DNA of 64,000 bases from Leptolyngbyaceae cyanobacterium (GCA_965263355.1 CBDHHL010000032.1:2976001-3040000); one strand, 5' to 3'. Numbered from the stretch's first letter, positions 28,441 through 38,468 are shown. The notes: generated by a model from the letters alone, not told the origin. Numbers and translations are program-made.

Positions 28441-29733
28441 TCAAAATTTTAGGTAGGCAAATGGAATTTGAGCTTCTGCTGGGGTTAACCCACCATGGGT
28501 GCCGCGCCTTTGTCTTTTATAGTGACCGTTTGGCCCTGCGAAAAAGACCGTATTGCAGTTCTCAGGCAAGATGAGGAGTTGACCGACGATGTTTAAGAAG
28601 TCTTGACTGGGTGATGGGCCGAACAAGCTATCGGCAACGTCTTTAATGCGTAGCACGCGGGCGATGCCTGCCAATCGCTGTTGCAGGAGTGTCAGAGCTT
28701 GCTCGATATACTCGGGTTTTATGTGCAGAAATACGTCTCGACCGGACCCACAGGGAAATAGGGGTTCGCCATTCTGATTGTGGGTCAGCATGGGCATTAG
28801 TTCGGGAATTTCTTCGTCTAAAAAGAAGGTTTTGGTGGAGTCAATGACGACCTGGCCATGGTCGGCGGTTAGGAGGATGGCAAGATCTTGGTGGTGTTCC
28901 AGGTTAGAAAACAATAGATTTTCGAGGGCTGCAAAGATTTCGTTGACTCGTTTCCAGACGATATCTGAGGTGTAACCATGTTGATGGCTGAGGCTATCAA
29001 CGTCCGGAAGGTAGAACCGAATGTATTGCTGGCCAGTGGCTGTATTGAGCACTGTCGTTAAATCTTGTAAGCCTGTTTCCAGTTGTTCATAGCCCTGGCG
29101 TTTCACCATGGGGTTTACGGCTTGGGAGTAGCAGCCATCGACGTACGCTTTGGGTAGATATTCGATCACATCAATGCCTCGCTCCACCAGTTGTTGATGA
29201 AAGGCACTGGGTGGGAAAACGTCCTGTGGTTTAATGCCGGCTTCGAGGAGGGTGTGGCGTTTGGCGTCGTTTTTGCCGCCTGAGTCTTCTACTTTGGAAA
29301 AAAGCAGTGGTGAAATCACTTGATTTAGTGCAGGCCAGACCTGTCGCCATTCAAAGATTTGGGATTGCTGGGGTAGTAAACCGGTATTGAGGCAATGGAC
29401 GTGGGATGTGGTGGTGGATGGGAATAGGGTGCTGAGTTTGGAAACGACGCCCTGCTCCATAAAGCGGGAAATTCCGGGCAGGTTTTCTTGGGCGGCACGG
29501 TGAAATAGGTTCCAGCCGAAGGCGTCGATTAGAAATATAACGACGCTATGGGGTTGGGGATAGGTGTCAGTGCCAAAGGCATCTGTTGGTAGACCTGTTG
29601 GTTTTGGGTCGCCTAATAATTTGCTGATGGTGCCAGGGATTTCGCTAAAGCAGTAGTGGCCGTAGAGGGGGCGTTGGAGGTTGTCTAAGAATGTGGCGGA
29701 GTCTACGGCGTTGATGGATTTTGTGTTTAGCAT
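28441..29733 (-). CDS. Alkaline-phosphatase-superfamily nucleotide pyrophosphatase/phosphodiesterase
   Basis: FLIDAFGW, FPSTT (Thr nucleophile), DSLSH, TADHG and HGG metal-binding motifs; start set at ATG 29733 because the upstream extension runs through the repeat. Confidence 0.82.
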   Translation of the reverse strand: MLNTKSINAVDSATFLDNLQRPLYGHYCFSEIPGTISKLLGDPKPTGLPTDAFGTDTYPQPHSVVIFLIDAFGWNLFHRAAQENLPGISRFMEQGVVSKLSTLFPSTTTSHVHCLNTGLLPQQSQIFEWRQVWPALNQVISPLLFSKVEDSGGKNDAKRHTLLEAGIKPQDVFPPSAFHQQLVERGIDVIEYLPKAYVDGCYSQAVNPMVKRQGYEQLETGLQDLTTVLNTATGQQYIRFYLPDVDSLSHQHGYTSDIVWKRVNEIFAALENLLFSNLEHHQDLAILLTADHGQVVIDSTKTFFLDEEIPELMPMLTHNQNGEPLFPCGSGRDVFLHIKPEYIEQALTLLQQRLAGIARVLRIKDVADSLFGPSPSQDFLNIVGQLLILPENCNTVFFAGPNGHYKRQRRGTHGGLTPAEAQIPFAYLKF

Positions 29734-29812
29734 TTGCCCTGTGCCTTGGTTGACAGTATGTCTGGTTTCTAGTTTAGAAGTGATTTTTATGGGTGGTTGT
29801 GACTTGGTTGCT

Positions 29813-29881
29813 GGAGCCAGAGGCTCCGGGTGGGTGCTCAGCCAGAGGCTGGGCACTAGATCCGAGCCGGAGGCTCCGGGT
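29813..29881 (+). repeat. REP-like palindromic unit, right copy (29813-29856) plus a partial third copy (29864-29881)
   Basis: Direct repeat of 28388-28431 followed by GAGCCGGAGGCTCCGGGT. Confidence 0.85.
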
Positions 29882-30117
29882 GAATTTGAGACCTTTGACC
29901 CGATTGAAAGAACCAATGAATTGTTGCGGCTAACCCCAGACCACCACCAGGAAATCCGCTTCACAGGCAAATGGCTGACGAGCAACCCAACCATCGAAGC
30001 GTTCTCCGAATCCAGACTCTGCGAGCGGTAGTTCTTTGAGATGGTTTCTGCGAAGGCTTATCACCAGACTGGTTATTGGTCATGACCAACGATCACGCAA
30101 CGTGCAGGAATATTACA

Positions 30118-30189
30118 TAAACCACGTCCAAGTGAAATCTACAGTTTCCTCTACGGAAAAACTCCAGTTCTGGACGTGGGCAAGGTTTA
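30118..30189 (-). repeat. Dispersed TA-bounded hairpin element, copy C (inverted relative to A and B)
   Basis: TAAACCACGTCCAAG...TCTACGGAAAAACTC...CTGGACGTGGGCAAGGTTTA; the reverse complement aligns end to end with copies A and B. Confidence 0.8.
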
Positions 30190-30233
30190 TACAAACTTTG
30201 ATACATGCTAATGAGCCAACTTCCTGAGATGCC

Positions 30234-30560
30234 ATGAATATCTTATTTATCTGTAGTCGCAATCAATGGCGTAGCCCTACGGCAGAAAAAGTTTGGTCAA
30301 AACACCCTGGCATTTCCGTACGGTCAGCGGGCACCAGCCCCAGGGCACGTAAAACAGTCTCTGCAAAGGACATTCAGTGGGCCGATATGATTTTTGCCAT
30401 GGAACAAAAGCATAAGGACCGACTTAAGGCTGACTTTTCCCGTTTATTAACCCATAAACCTATCCATGTTCTGGATATACCCGATGACTACCAATATATG
30501 GATCCAGATCTGGTAGAAACATTGCAAAACTCCGTTGCTACATATTTAGAGCTTGCGTAG
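30234..30560 (+). CDS. Low-molecular-weight protein-tyrosine-phosphatase-like protein
   Basis: ILFICSRNQWRSPTAE (CX5R P-loop), SAGT and LDIPDDY. Confidence 0.85.
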   Translation: MNILFICSRNQWRSPTAEKVWSKHPGISVRSAGTSPRARKTVSAKDIQWADMIFAMEQKHKDRLKADFSRLLTHKPIHVLDIPDDYQYMDPDLVETLQNSVATYLELA

Positions 30561-30780
30561 CTGCTCCAGCTGTTCGTTGGACAGTGCTAGCAGCTCAATT
30601 ACTTGATCTAAAGACATCCCTATTGCCCATACATGGTCGGCAGTGTCTCACGGAGCGAACGGGGTGGATCGACCTGTGGCAGACTATTTCCTGGTTGAAA
30701 CCCGAGCTTTAAACCGGACATTAGGACTACATGATTTCTAATCAGATTTTAAGCTGCCTATCCCCACATCGCCATTCAAT

Positions 30781-30799
30781 TATGAGACAATTATGAAAA
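30781..30799 (+). promoter_or_regulatory. Candidate ManR operator (direct repeat)
   Basis: TATGAGAC-AAT-TATGAAAA immediately upstream of the Mn ABC operon; resembles the described cyanobacterial ManR direct repeat. Confidence 0.65.
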
Positions 30800-30815
30800 A
30801 TGAAATGATTATGAA

Positions 30816-31757
30816 ATGACATCACTGGCAGCATTCAAGAAAATTAAACAGGGATTTTTACTGGCAGGCATTGCTTTGCTGATGGGTGTGGCAGGCTGTG
30901 GCCAGGAAGCACCTCTATCTGAAGCATCTGGTGATGATCAAAAGGTTGTACTGACAACGTTCACCATCTTGGCGGATATGGCCCAGAGCGTGGCTGGCGA
31001 TGAGCTGCAGGTGGAGTCGATTACTCGCATCGGTGCTGAAATCCATGGTTATGAGCCGACACCCAGTGATTTGGTAAACGCGCAAGAGGCTGACCTGATT
31101 TTGTATAACGGTATGAACCTTGAGCGCTGGTTTGAGCAGTTTTTAGGCAATGTGCGGGATGTGCCGTCGGTAATTTTGACGGAGGGGATTGAGCCGATTG
31201 CCATTGCAGAAGGTCCCTACGCCGATAAACCAAACCCCCACGCCTGGATGTCGCCGCAAAACGCTCTTATATATATAGAGAATATCCGTCAGGCGTTTGT
31301 AGAGCTTGACCCGGAAAACGAAGCCACCTACAACGCCAATGCGGCTGCCTACAGTGAACGGCTACAGGCTATTGACCAGGAACTGCAGGCTAATCTCGCC
31401 CAGGTACCTGATAGTCAACGATATCTGGTTAGTTGCGAAGGGGCATTTTCCTATTTGGCTAATGATTATGACTTAGAAGAAATTTATCTCTGGCCCATCA
31501 ATGCGGAACAGCAGTCTACTCCCAAACAGATTCAAAGGGTGATTGATGAAGTGAACGCTAACGACATTGCCACGATCTTTTGCGAAAGCACCGTCAGCGA
31601 TGAGGGACAGCAGACGGTCGCCCGTGCAACGGGGGCTAAATTTGGCGGCAATTTATATGTCGATTCGCTGTCTACGGCAGATGGGCCTGTGCCTACGTTT
31701 TTGGACTTGCTGGCCTATGACGTCCAGGTGATTAGCGAGGGGTTGAGATCGCCATGA
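30816..31757 (+). CDS. mntC: Mn ABC transporter substrate-binding lipoprotein
   Basis: Lipobox VAGC, EIHGYEPTPSD, NPHAWMS, CEGAFSY and VDSL. Confidence 0.85.
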   Translation: MTSLAAFKKIKQGFLLAGIALLMGVAGCGQEAPLSEASGDDQKVVLTTFTILADMAQSVAGDELQVESITRIGAEIHGYEPTPSDLVNAQEADLILYNGMNLERWFEQFLGNVRDVPSVILTEGIEPIAIAEGPYADKPNPHAWMSPQNALIYIENIRQAFVELDPENEATYNANAAAYSERLQAIDQELQANLAQVPDSQRYLVSCEGAFSYLANDYDLEEIYLWPINAEQQSTPKQIQRVIDEVNANDIATIFCESTVSDEGQQTVARATGAKFGGNLYVDSLSTADGPVPTFLDLLAYDVQVISEGLRSP

Positions 31758-31780
31758 TGTTTGTCAATTGGTCGATCTCT

Positions 31781-31871
31781 CTCCCCTCCTGGGAGGGGCT
31801 CCGGGGTGGGTTGACCGCTAGCGTTAGCGATCGAAACCCACCCCGCCTACGGCACCCCTTCTAAGAGGGGA
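31781..31871. repeat. GC-rich nested inverted repeat between mntC and mntA
   Basis: TCCCCTCCTGGGAGGGG..CGGGGTGGGTT / AACCCACCCCG..CCCCTTCTAAGAGGGGA. Confidence 0.7.
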
Positions 31872-31940
31872 TGATTGCAGACTTTACCGCTTGAACGAAA
31901 TCTGAGACCTAACTTTCTATCCTCTTACCCTTAACCCACG

Positions 31941-32720
31941 ATGCGAGTAGATACTTTTGGCATTACCGTCGAGAACATCAGTGTCACCTACAGTAACGCT
32001 CACCTTGCTCTCTACAATGCCAGTTGCTACGTCCAGCCTGTTACTATTACTGGTCTTGTTGGTCCCAACGGTGGTGGCAAATCCACCCTGTTCAAAACCA
32101 TCATGGGGTTTGTCAATCCCAACCAAGGCCGAGTTCACATTGATGGCCTCTCTATAAAAATGGCCCAAAAGCGACAGCTGATGGCCTATGTACCTCAGGC
32201 GGACGATGTGGATTGGGATTTTCCAGTAAGTGTAGCTGATGTGGTGATGATGGGTCGTTATGGCTATATGAATATCCTACGGATTCCTGGCCGTGAGGAT
32301 CGCCGTCAGGTGGCAGAAAGTCTAGAGCGTGTAGGGATGACGGATTTTCGGCATCGGCAAATTGGGGAACTCTCTGGCGGTCAGAAAAAACGGGCGTTTC
32401 TAGCCAGGGCGATGGCGCAAAAAAGTCGGGTAATTCTGCTGGATGAACCATTTACAGGGGTGGATGTAAAGACGGAAAAGCGAATTGTGAATTTGTTGCT
32501 GCAACTGCGGGACGAGGGGCACACGATTTTGGTGTCCACCCATGATTTGGCGTCGGTTTCTACGTTTTGCGATCGCACCATTCTCCTCAACCGCACTGTC
32601 CTCGCCGAAGGCACCACTGTCGATACCTTCACCGAAGAAAACCTCTCCATGACCTTTGGTGGTTTACCCCTCAGCAGTTTGTCGCAAAAAAACTCTATGT
32701 TTCCGCGCCATTATGAGTAA
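31941..32720 (+). CDS. mntA: Mn ABC transporter ATP-binding protein
   Basis: [17 protein letters not shown] and [10 protein letters not shown]. Confidence 0.85.
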   Translation: MRVDTFGITVENISVTYSNAHLALYNASCYVQPVTITGLVGPNGGGKSTLFKTIMGFVNPNQGRVHIDGLSIKMAQKRQLMAYVPQADDVDWDFPVSVADVVMMGRYGYMNILRIPGREDRRQVAESLERVGMTDFRHRQIGELSGGQKKRAFLARAMAQKSRVILLDEPFTGVDVKTEKRIVNLLLQLRDEGHTILVSTHDLASVSTFCDRTILLNRTVLAEGTTVDTFTEENLSMTFGGLPLSSLSQKNSMFPRHYE

Positions 32721-33603
32721 TCTCTTTAATTTGCATTGGCCCTTGTTCGGACTGATGTCTGTTTGGCAATGGCTGATGGAACCGCTGCAGGCCGGGTTTA
32801 TGGTCAAGGCTATCTGGGTCAGTGCTTTTGTCGGTGTTGTTTGTGCAGTGCTGTCTTGCTACATCACGCTTAAGGGCTGGTCTCTGATGGGAGATGCTGT
32901 ATCCCATGCGGTGGTACCCGGTGTGGTGGTGGCCTATGCCATAGGCTTACCCTTTGCCTTGGGGGCGTTTGTCTTTGGCTTTGGGGCGACGGTGATTATC
33001 GGTTATGTGAAATCTGCCACACGGTTAAAAGAAGATGCGGTAATTGGCGTCATTTTTACCGGTTTTTTTGCCTTTGGCCTGGTGCTTGCTACCAAAATTC
33101 CGAGCAATGTAGATCTGTTTCACATTTTGTTTGGCAATGTTTTGGGGATTTCAACCTCAGACATTATCCAAACCCTAGTGGCAGGCATGGCCACATTGGT
33201 GATTATTTTGCTGCGGCGTAGAGACCTGTTGTTGTTTTGTTTTGACCCTAATCATGCCAGGGCTATTGGTCTCAATACTCAGCTGATGTACTACACATTA
33301 CTATCAGTTTTGGCTCTCACCATTGTTACAGCCTTGCAAACGGCAGGTATTGTACTGGTTGTGGCGATGTTAGTCACTCCGGGTGCAACGGCCTATCTCC
33401 TTACCGATCGCTTTGACCATATGTTAGTTATTTCTGTGCTGACCAGCGTTATTTCCTGTGTCTTCGGCACATATTTTAGCTATCACCTGGATGTGTCTAC
33501 TGGTGGCAGCATCGTTGTACTCATGACGTTGCTGTTTGCCATAGCTATGGTGTTTGCGCCAAAATATGGCCTGCTCAGGCAGAAGATTTTGACACTGCAC
33601 TAG
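32713..33603 (+). CDS. mntB: Mn ABC transporter permease
   Basis: [13 protein letters not shown] and LFGNVLG; multiple TM segments; exact start uncertain. Confidence 0.85.
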   Translation: MSNLFNLHWPLFGLMSVWQWLMEPLQAGFMVKAIWVSAFVGVVCAVLSCYITLKGWSLMGDAVSHAVVPGVVVAYAIGLPFALGAFVFGFGATVIIGYVKSATRLKEDAVIGVIFTGFFAFGLVLATKIPSNVDLFHILFGNVLGISTSDIIQTLVAGMATLVIILLRRRDLLLFCFDPNHARAIGLNTQLMYYTLLSVLALTIVTALQTAGIVLVVAMLVTPGATAYLLTDRFDHMLVISVLTSVISCVFGTYFSYHLDVSTGGSIVVLMTLLFAIAMVFAPKYGLLRQKILTLH

Positions 33604-36182
33604 TTATTGCTAGCGGCTAACGCCCCCTTCGGATAAGCAATTCGTTTGTGATTAAACTGTTGCCATACCTGCACAAACACATTGGCAATGATGTCCATAT
33701 CCTTACGAGTTAAGCAGGAGTCGATGAGCTGCTTATCTTTCCAGCGGGCGCGCAGAATTTTGTTCACCATGGCATAAGCTTCTTCGGCACAGGCTTCTTT
33801 GTGGAGCGATCGCAACGCGGCCTCACAGGAATCGGCCAGCATCACAATCCCGGTTTCTGGCGATTGAGGAATGGGACCGTCATAGCGAAAATCTTCGTCT
33901 TTGACTACCATTTCAGGATTTTGACTGGCAATTTCCTTCGCTTGATAGTAGAAGTAACTAATTAGCATGGCTCCCTGATGTTCAGGAATAAAGGCTTGGA
34001 TCGCTTTGGGTAATCGATGCTTTTTGGCCATGACTAAGCCTTCAGTGACATGCTTTTTGATAATGTCGGCACTAACCCAGGGGTCATTAATCAGGTCGTG
34101 TTTGTTGGGGCCGCCCATTTGATTTTCGATAAATCCAAGCGGATCGTGCATTTTGCCAATGTCATGGTATAGAGTACCTGCACGGACTAATTCCACATTG
34201 TGCCCCAGGGCCCGCGCTGCGGCTTCGGCCAGGTTCGCCACAAACATGGTGTGTTGAAATGTACCTGGCGCATCTGCAGCTAACCGTTTGAGCAGAGGAC
34301 GGTTGGGGTTAGCGAGTTCTGCTAAGCGAATGGGAGTGACGACATCAAAAAATGATTCTAAGTAGGGGCTAACGCCTAGGGCCACGATACTCCAGGCGAT
34401 GCCGTAGACACCAAATAGGGCGGAGTCGCGGATAACGGTGTACCACACTGAGGCGGCAACACTGTTAAACATGAGGGTGAGTACTAGGTGGATGACACCT
34501 TGAGTGAGGCCGACAGCGCCACCAAGTAGGGCAAATTCTTCGCGCGATCTCAATCTAGGTGCAATCCAAGCGCCAACCATAGCCGCACAAGCGGCAGCAA
34601 TTAATGGTAAGACAGCCACTGAGCCACCAACTGGTAGCAAGATAACTAAGAGCCCAATGGTCACGGTTGCCAAAATGTAACCATAAAAGCTTCCCAACAA
34701 GAGGCCAACAGCCGGTAACCCTAGACCCGGTATTTTTAGTGCCATTAGGGCTGCTACGCTGACAATCAAGCACAGTACTAAAACATGATCACGTTGGCGA
34801 AGGCCACCTTTTTGCCAGTTATCAATCCATAGCAATGCGCCAACACATGCACTTACTAAAACCCCAAAGCCGGTAAACCCTAACCAGTTAAATCGACGTT
34901 GTGTCAAATTAAAGTGATCTAGTAAGACAAAGTCCCCTTGTGTAATCGGTTCTCCTTTTCTGACAATGGCGTCACCCTGCTCAATCGATACCGTCACTGT
35001 CTTGACCTCATTCTCCGCTTGCTCAGCACGCAGTCGGGTTTGTTCTTGGTCCTCGACTAGATTTGGCTGTAAGACTGAACCAATAATCCTGGCGGTAATG
35101 TCCTTCGCATTTAACTCTTGAGTAACTAGTTCATCTCTATCTAGATTAGTAATTAGTACATCTCTATCTAGATTACTCAAGGTGGTTAAGTCTATGGTTT
35201 CTTTGAGTTGGCTATTAATTGCTTGTTCCCACAACTCTGGTGGCATACCTTCGTGAATCCCCTGGCTTAACATGCGATCTAATACCAAGCGGCTGGCAGC
35301 TTGAACGGCTTGCCAAGCAGGGTCATTCAAGTCAAAGACCCGGTAATCTAAGGGCTGAAAACCGTTACGGGTACTCACACTTTGTAGCTTGTGTTTCGTC
35401 GCTGTATATTTTTGGCGATTAGCATCAACCTGACTGCGCACTGAAGTTATGGGTAGCAAAGATGGCCGCTCCCTTAGACGCAGTAACTCATCGAGAGCAA
35501 TTCGTTGATTAACGTCTAACGCATTGATGCGTAACTTTAGGGAGCCATTATTTGCTTGGTGTAAATCATTGCTAGTGAGTTCAGGTATTTGTGCTACTTC
35601 CCAGAGTTCTTGCCAATCCTGGCTGGGTGCTTGACGTAGATATCGTTGAGTTCTGGTGGATAATTGAGTGGTCGGTAAATACGGTAAGGTTCCTGCTTGC
35701 TGCCGTAGAATAGTTCCCTGGCTTAAAATTCCGTTAGCCTCTTCTGTAATAGCTTGGGTTTTTTCCTGATCAATTTGCAGAACAATAATTGATCCACTTC
35801 GGGCTGCTTGGCGATCGGCTTCAGTGGTGATTAGGTCTGGCAGTGTGGCGTTGTAGTCAGCAATGAAGGTTTCGGTTGCGATTGTTCCTACCGTCAGTGC
35901 TGGCTGATTATAAAATCGTTGACCCAGAATTGCTGTCAGTAGCAAAACTGTCAATAGAAGAGCAATCTGGGCTTGGTTAAAGGGCGTATGACGGGAGAGC
36001 GCATATAGTCCCGTCGATTGATTCGATGACTTAGTAGATTGCCGAATCGAAGTATTTGATTTTTGACGTAGTGATGTAGAAACTTGCGGCAACTGAGTCT
36101 TGCACCAGCCAACCGATGTACGCAAACGTTGCCAAACTGCTTTGACCATGAATGTCACCGACTGCATGAAAGGCCTCAACAA
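33600..36182 (-). CDS. 7TM-HD (HDIG) family phosphohydrolase, PgpH-like cyclic-dinucleotide phosphodiesterase candidate
   Basis: Large extracytoplasmic domain, about 7 TM segments, PGTFQH, YHDIGK, FIENQ and LADSCEAA; start uncertain. Confidence 0.85.
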   Translation of the reverse strand: MLRPFMQSVTFMVKAVWQRLRTSVGWCKTQLPQVSTSLRQKSNTSIRQSTKSSNQSTGLYALSRHTPFNQAQIALLLTVLLLTAILGQRFYNQPALTVGTIATETFIADYNATLPDLITTEADRQAARSGSIIVLQIDQEKTQAITEEANGILSQGTILRQQAGTLPYLPTTQLSTRTQRYLRQAPSQDWQELWEVAQIPELTSNDLHQANNGSLKLRINALDVNQRIALDELLRLRERPSLLPITSVRSQVDANRQKYTATKHKLQSVSTRNGFQPLDYRVFDLNDPAWQAVQAASRLVLDRMLSQGIHEGMPPELWEQAINSQLKETIDLTTLSNLDRDVLITNLDRDELVTQELNAKDITARIIGSVLQPNLVEDQEQTRLRAEQAENEVKTVTVSIEQGDAIVRKGEPITQGDFVLLDHFNLTQRRFNWLGFTGFGVLVSACVGALLWIDNWQKGGLRQRDHVLVLCLIVSVAALMALKIPGLGLPAVGLLLGSFYGYILATVTIGLLVILLPVGGSVAVLPLIAAACAAMVGAWIAPRLRSREEFALLGGAVGLTQGVIHLVLTLMFNSVAASVWYTVIRDSALFGVYGIAWSIVALGVSPYLESFFDVVTPIRLAELANPNRPLLKRLAADAPGTFQHTMFVANLAEAAARALGHNVELVRAGTLYHDIGKMHDPLGFIENQMGGPNKHDLINDPWVSADIIKKHVTEGLVMAKKHRLPKAIQAFIPEHQGAMLISYFYYQAKEIASQNPEMVVKDEDFRYDGPIPQSPETGIVMLADSCEAALRSLHKEACAEEAYAMVNKILRARWKDKQLIDSCLTRKDMDIIANVFVQVWQQFNHKRIAYPKGALAASNN

Positions 36183-36624
36183 CCAGAGATACTATTTGAC
36201 CCAACGGAATGAAGTACAGCTGAGTTGCTGGTCTAGTAGCGCTAGACACCTGATGAAGGATCGACAGGATGCAAGGGGTCCCGAATATACCCTAGATGTC
36301 TTAAACAATCGAAAGTCAACGCTTTTGGGTTATTAGGACTAACTGACTAGGACGTTGGCCATATTCTTTCAGTTTGTGGTTGGAAAATTATCCATACACA
36401 GTCCTAAAAGAACACATATGAATCCTAAGATTCAGGACTGAAAATTCACTTAAACAACTTTGCTCCAAGCTAGGTGCGACGTTGTTACAAGCATTGCACT
36501 AAGCAGTCGCTTTAGCGTACCAATCTTCCTATCCTTAGCCTTGTTTGGCAAACAGTTTTGGAAGATGCTTAGCATGCCTGCATCATTATTATAGCTAGCT
36601 CTATTTTGAAGCGAGTGGTCAGAC

Positions 36625-37425
36625 TTAGAAATCTAGTGGAAGTACTTCAAAATTAGTTGTCACATTACCGACACCAGCCCAAACGCCATAGAGTTTCTGA
36701 GCTATGGCGTCCAGTGCTTCTCTGGAGTCTTGAGTGAAGGCCATTAGCCAACCAACGGGTATCACTGATGGTCCGCAATAGGCTCCGAGTAAACAGCCAA
36801 CTATGGTTGCTATTGGCGCGGTCATTCCTGGATTAGTTAAAGCTAACGCCAGATTTTCTCGATAGTTGAGACAGCATTTGAGAGCTGCCGTCACAGTCAT
36901 TAAAGGATGATGCGTATTGTCTGTGGTTTGCAGGATAAGAGCTGGGGATTGGGTGGCTAATTGCTCCAGATACTGATGAATTTGTGAGTTAATTGCTGAG
37001 GGATAACTGGAGCGCTTGTGATGTAGATATTTCCACAGTAATGAGTGTAGCTCTTGAGGACCTATCGGATACTGCATGAGCCATTCTAAACAATCACCCA
37101 AGACGTAGAGTGCCCCGATAGTATCTGTGAGGATGCCTTTACTATCGTTAGTATGCATTGTGGGTGATACCAGAGTTTGATGGAGCCAATGAAGGCGGCC
37201 ACTGCTGTCATCATGGCGATATAACAACCAGGGAATTGCTGTAGTCAGATTTGCTTCTGAGGGGGGAGAGATGCGGTATTGCTCAATGCTGGCTAGCCAT
37301 GCTTGATAAAGTGTGCTCCTGCTAACAGTTGGCCACTGATCGGAATATTTCTCTGAATAGTAATGTCCTATATAGGCTCCAAACAGGCTCCCTCGAAATT
37401 TATCTGCGTTAGAAATAGTTGCCAT
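36625..37425 (-). CDS. Divergent ADP-ribosylglycohydrolase-like protein
   Basis: KFRGSLFGAYIG N-terminus and IVGCLLGAYCGPSVIPVGW C-terminus; the usual acidic metal ligands are not evident. Confidence 0.55.
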   Translation of the reverse strand: MATISNADKFRGSLFGAYIGHYYSEKYSDQWPTVSRSTLYQAWLASIEQYRISPPSEANLTTAIPWLLYRHDDSSGRLHWLHQTLVSPTMHTNDSKGILTDTIGALYVLGDCLEWLMQYPIGPQELHSLLWKYLHHKRSSYPSAINSQIHQYLEQLATQSPALILQTTDNTHHPLMTVTAALKCCLNYRENLALALTNPGMTAPIATIVGCLLGAYCGPSVIPVGWLMAFTQDSREALDAIAQKLYGVWAGVGNVTTNFEVLPLDF

Positions 37426-37610
37426 AGTTTCTGGGGGTTAACACTATGCAGGGCATGAGTCTAGCCATTCAGTTTGTCCGTGGTGTGCAGGTAATGCCTG
37501 TAAATATCATTTATCTGGACGCAATAGCCATGCTATGCCATCTTAATGTTGGCTTTGGCAGGGTATTCAACCAAAATTGTTTACGCTACAAATTACGGTA
37601 ATTTTGTGAC

Positions 37611-38312
37611 ATGAAACGTTGGGGCTTACACAGGATCTTTAATATTTGCCTGTTTGTATTTGTCGCAGGGGGGATTGCGACAGTGGCATGGGCGACCACA
37701 AAGACGGGTGGGTTATCGCCAGAGCCAGGAGGCCAGTTGGATACCCAAGAACCGAATTTATTGGGGCAGGCAGATCAGGTTCTAGATCTCGGTAGTACAG
37801 GGGATGCTGTCAAAGATTTACAGGCAATGTTAGCTTTGATGGGTTATTACTCTGGTGCAGTAGATGGTGCCTATGAGCAGACGACTTTGGCAGCTGTGCG
37901 TCAATTTCAAACGGATGCAGGCTTAGTTGCCGACGGTGTTGTCGGGCCTTTGACCTGGCGGCGACTTTTGCCTACACCCGCTGCTCTAAGTGACATGCAA
38001 GTACTTAGCGACGGGGCTGGCTCAGCCTTATCAGAAGGAAGCCCTACTGAAGCAACATCGGGTGATGATGTTCCGGATAATGGCGCTATGGCTCAGACAG
38101 CAGGTGATTTGCCCACGCTTAAACTAGATGATGCTGGTGCCGAGGTGAGTCGCTTGCAGAGCCGACTCGCTGCCTTAAATTTTTATACAGGACCCATAGA
38201 TGGCGTTTTTGGTTTGCAGACAGAGCAAGCTGTGCAAGAATTCCAGCGTCAGGCTGGGTTAGAGATGGACGGTATTGTAGGACCTGAAACTTGGCTCAAG
38301 GTATTGCAATAA
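37611..38312 (+). CDS. Peptidoglycan-binding domain protein (2 x PG_binding_1)
   Basis: Two repeats ending AVRQFQ...DGVVGPLTW and AVQEFQ...DGIVGPETW; N-terminal TM segment. Confidence 0.85.
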   Translation: MKRWGLHRIFNICLFVFVAGGIATVAWATTKTGGLSPEPGGQLDTQEPNLLGQADQVLDLGSTGDAVKDLQAMLALMGYYSGAVDGAYEQTTLAAVRQFQTDAGLVADGVVGPLTWRRLLPTPAALSDMQVLSDGAGSALSEGSPTEATSGDDVPDNGAMAQTAGDLPTLKLDDAGAEVSRLQSRLAALNFYTGPIDGVFGLQTEQAVQEFQRQAGLEMDGIVGPETWLKVLQ

Positions 38313-38468
38313 TCGGTATTGCGTCAAGCTCGAAATTTTGAGAAGACAGCAAATAGCAAGTGACATTTCACTGATTATCGGCGAGATAAAAATTCAGACC
38401 GTATTCAGGTGAATAAAATACTGTGTAAAACTGAAAATATGCTGCTAACCAGAGTGTTGAGACACTTC

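Noticed and set aside
28388..29881. CRISPR array interpretation of the palindromic repeats
   Set aside because: Only 2-3 units, 1.4 kb apart, with no regular spacers and no cas genes
29734..29994. 87-aa N-terminal extension of the phosphodiesterase ORF
   Set aside because: It runs through the palindromic repeats; ATG 29733 gives a protein that begins close to the first family motifs
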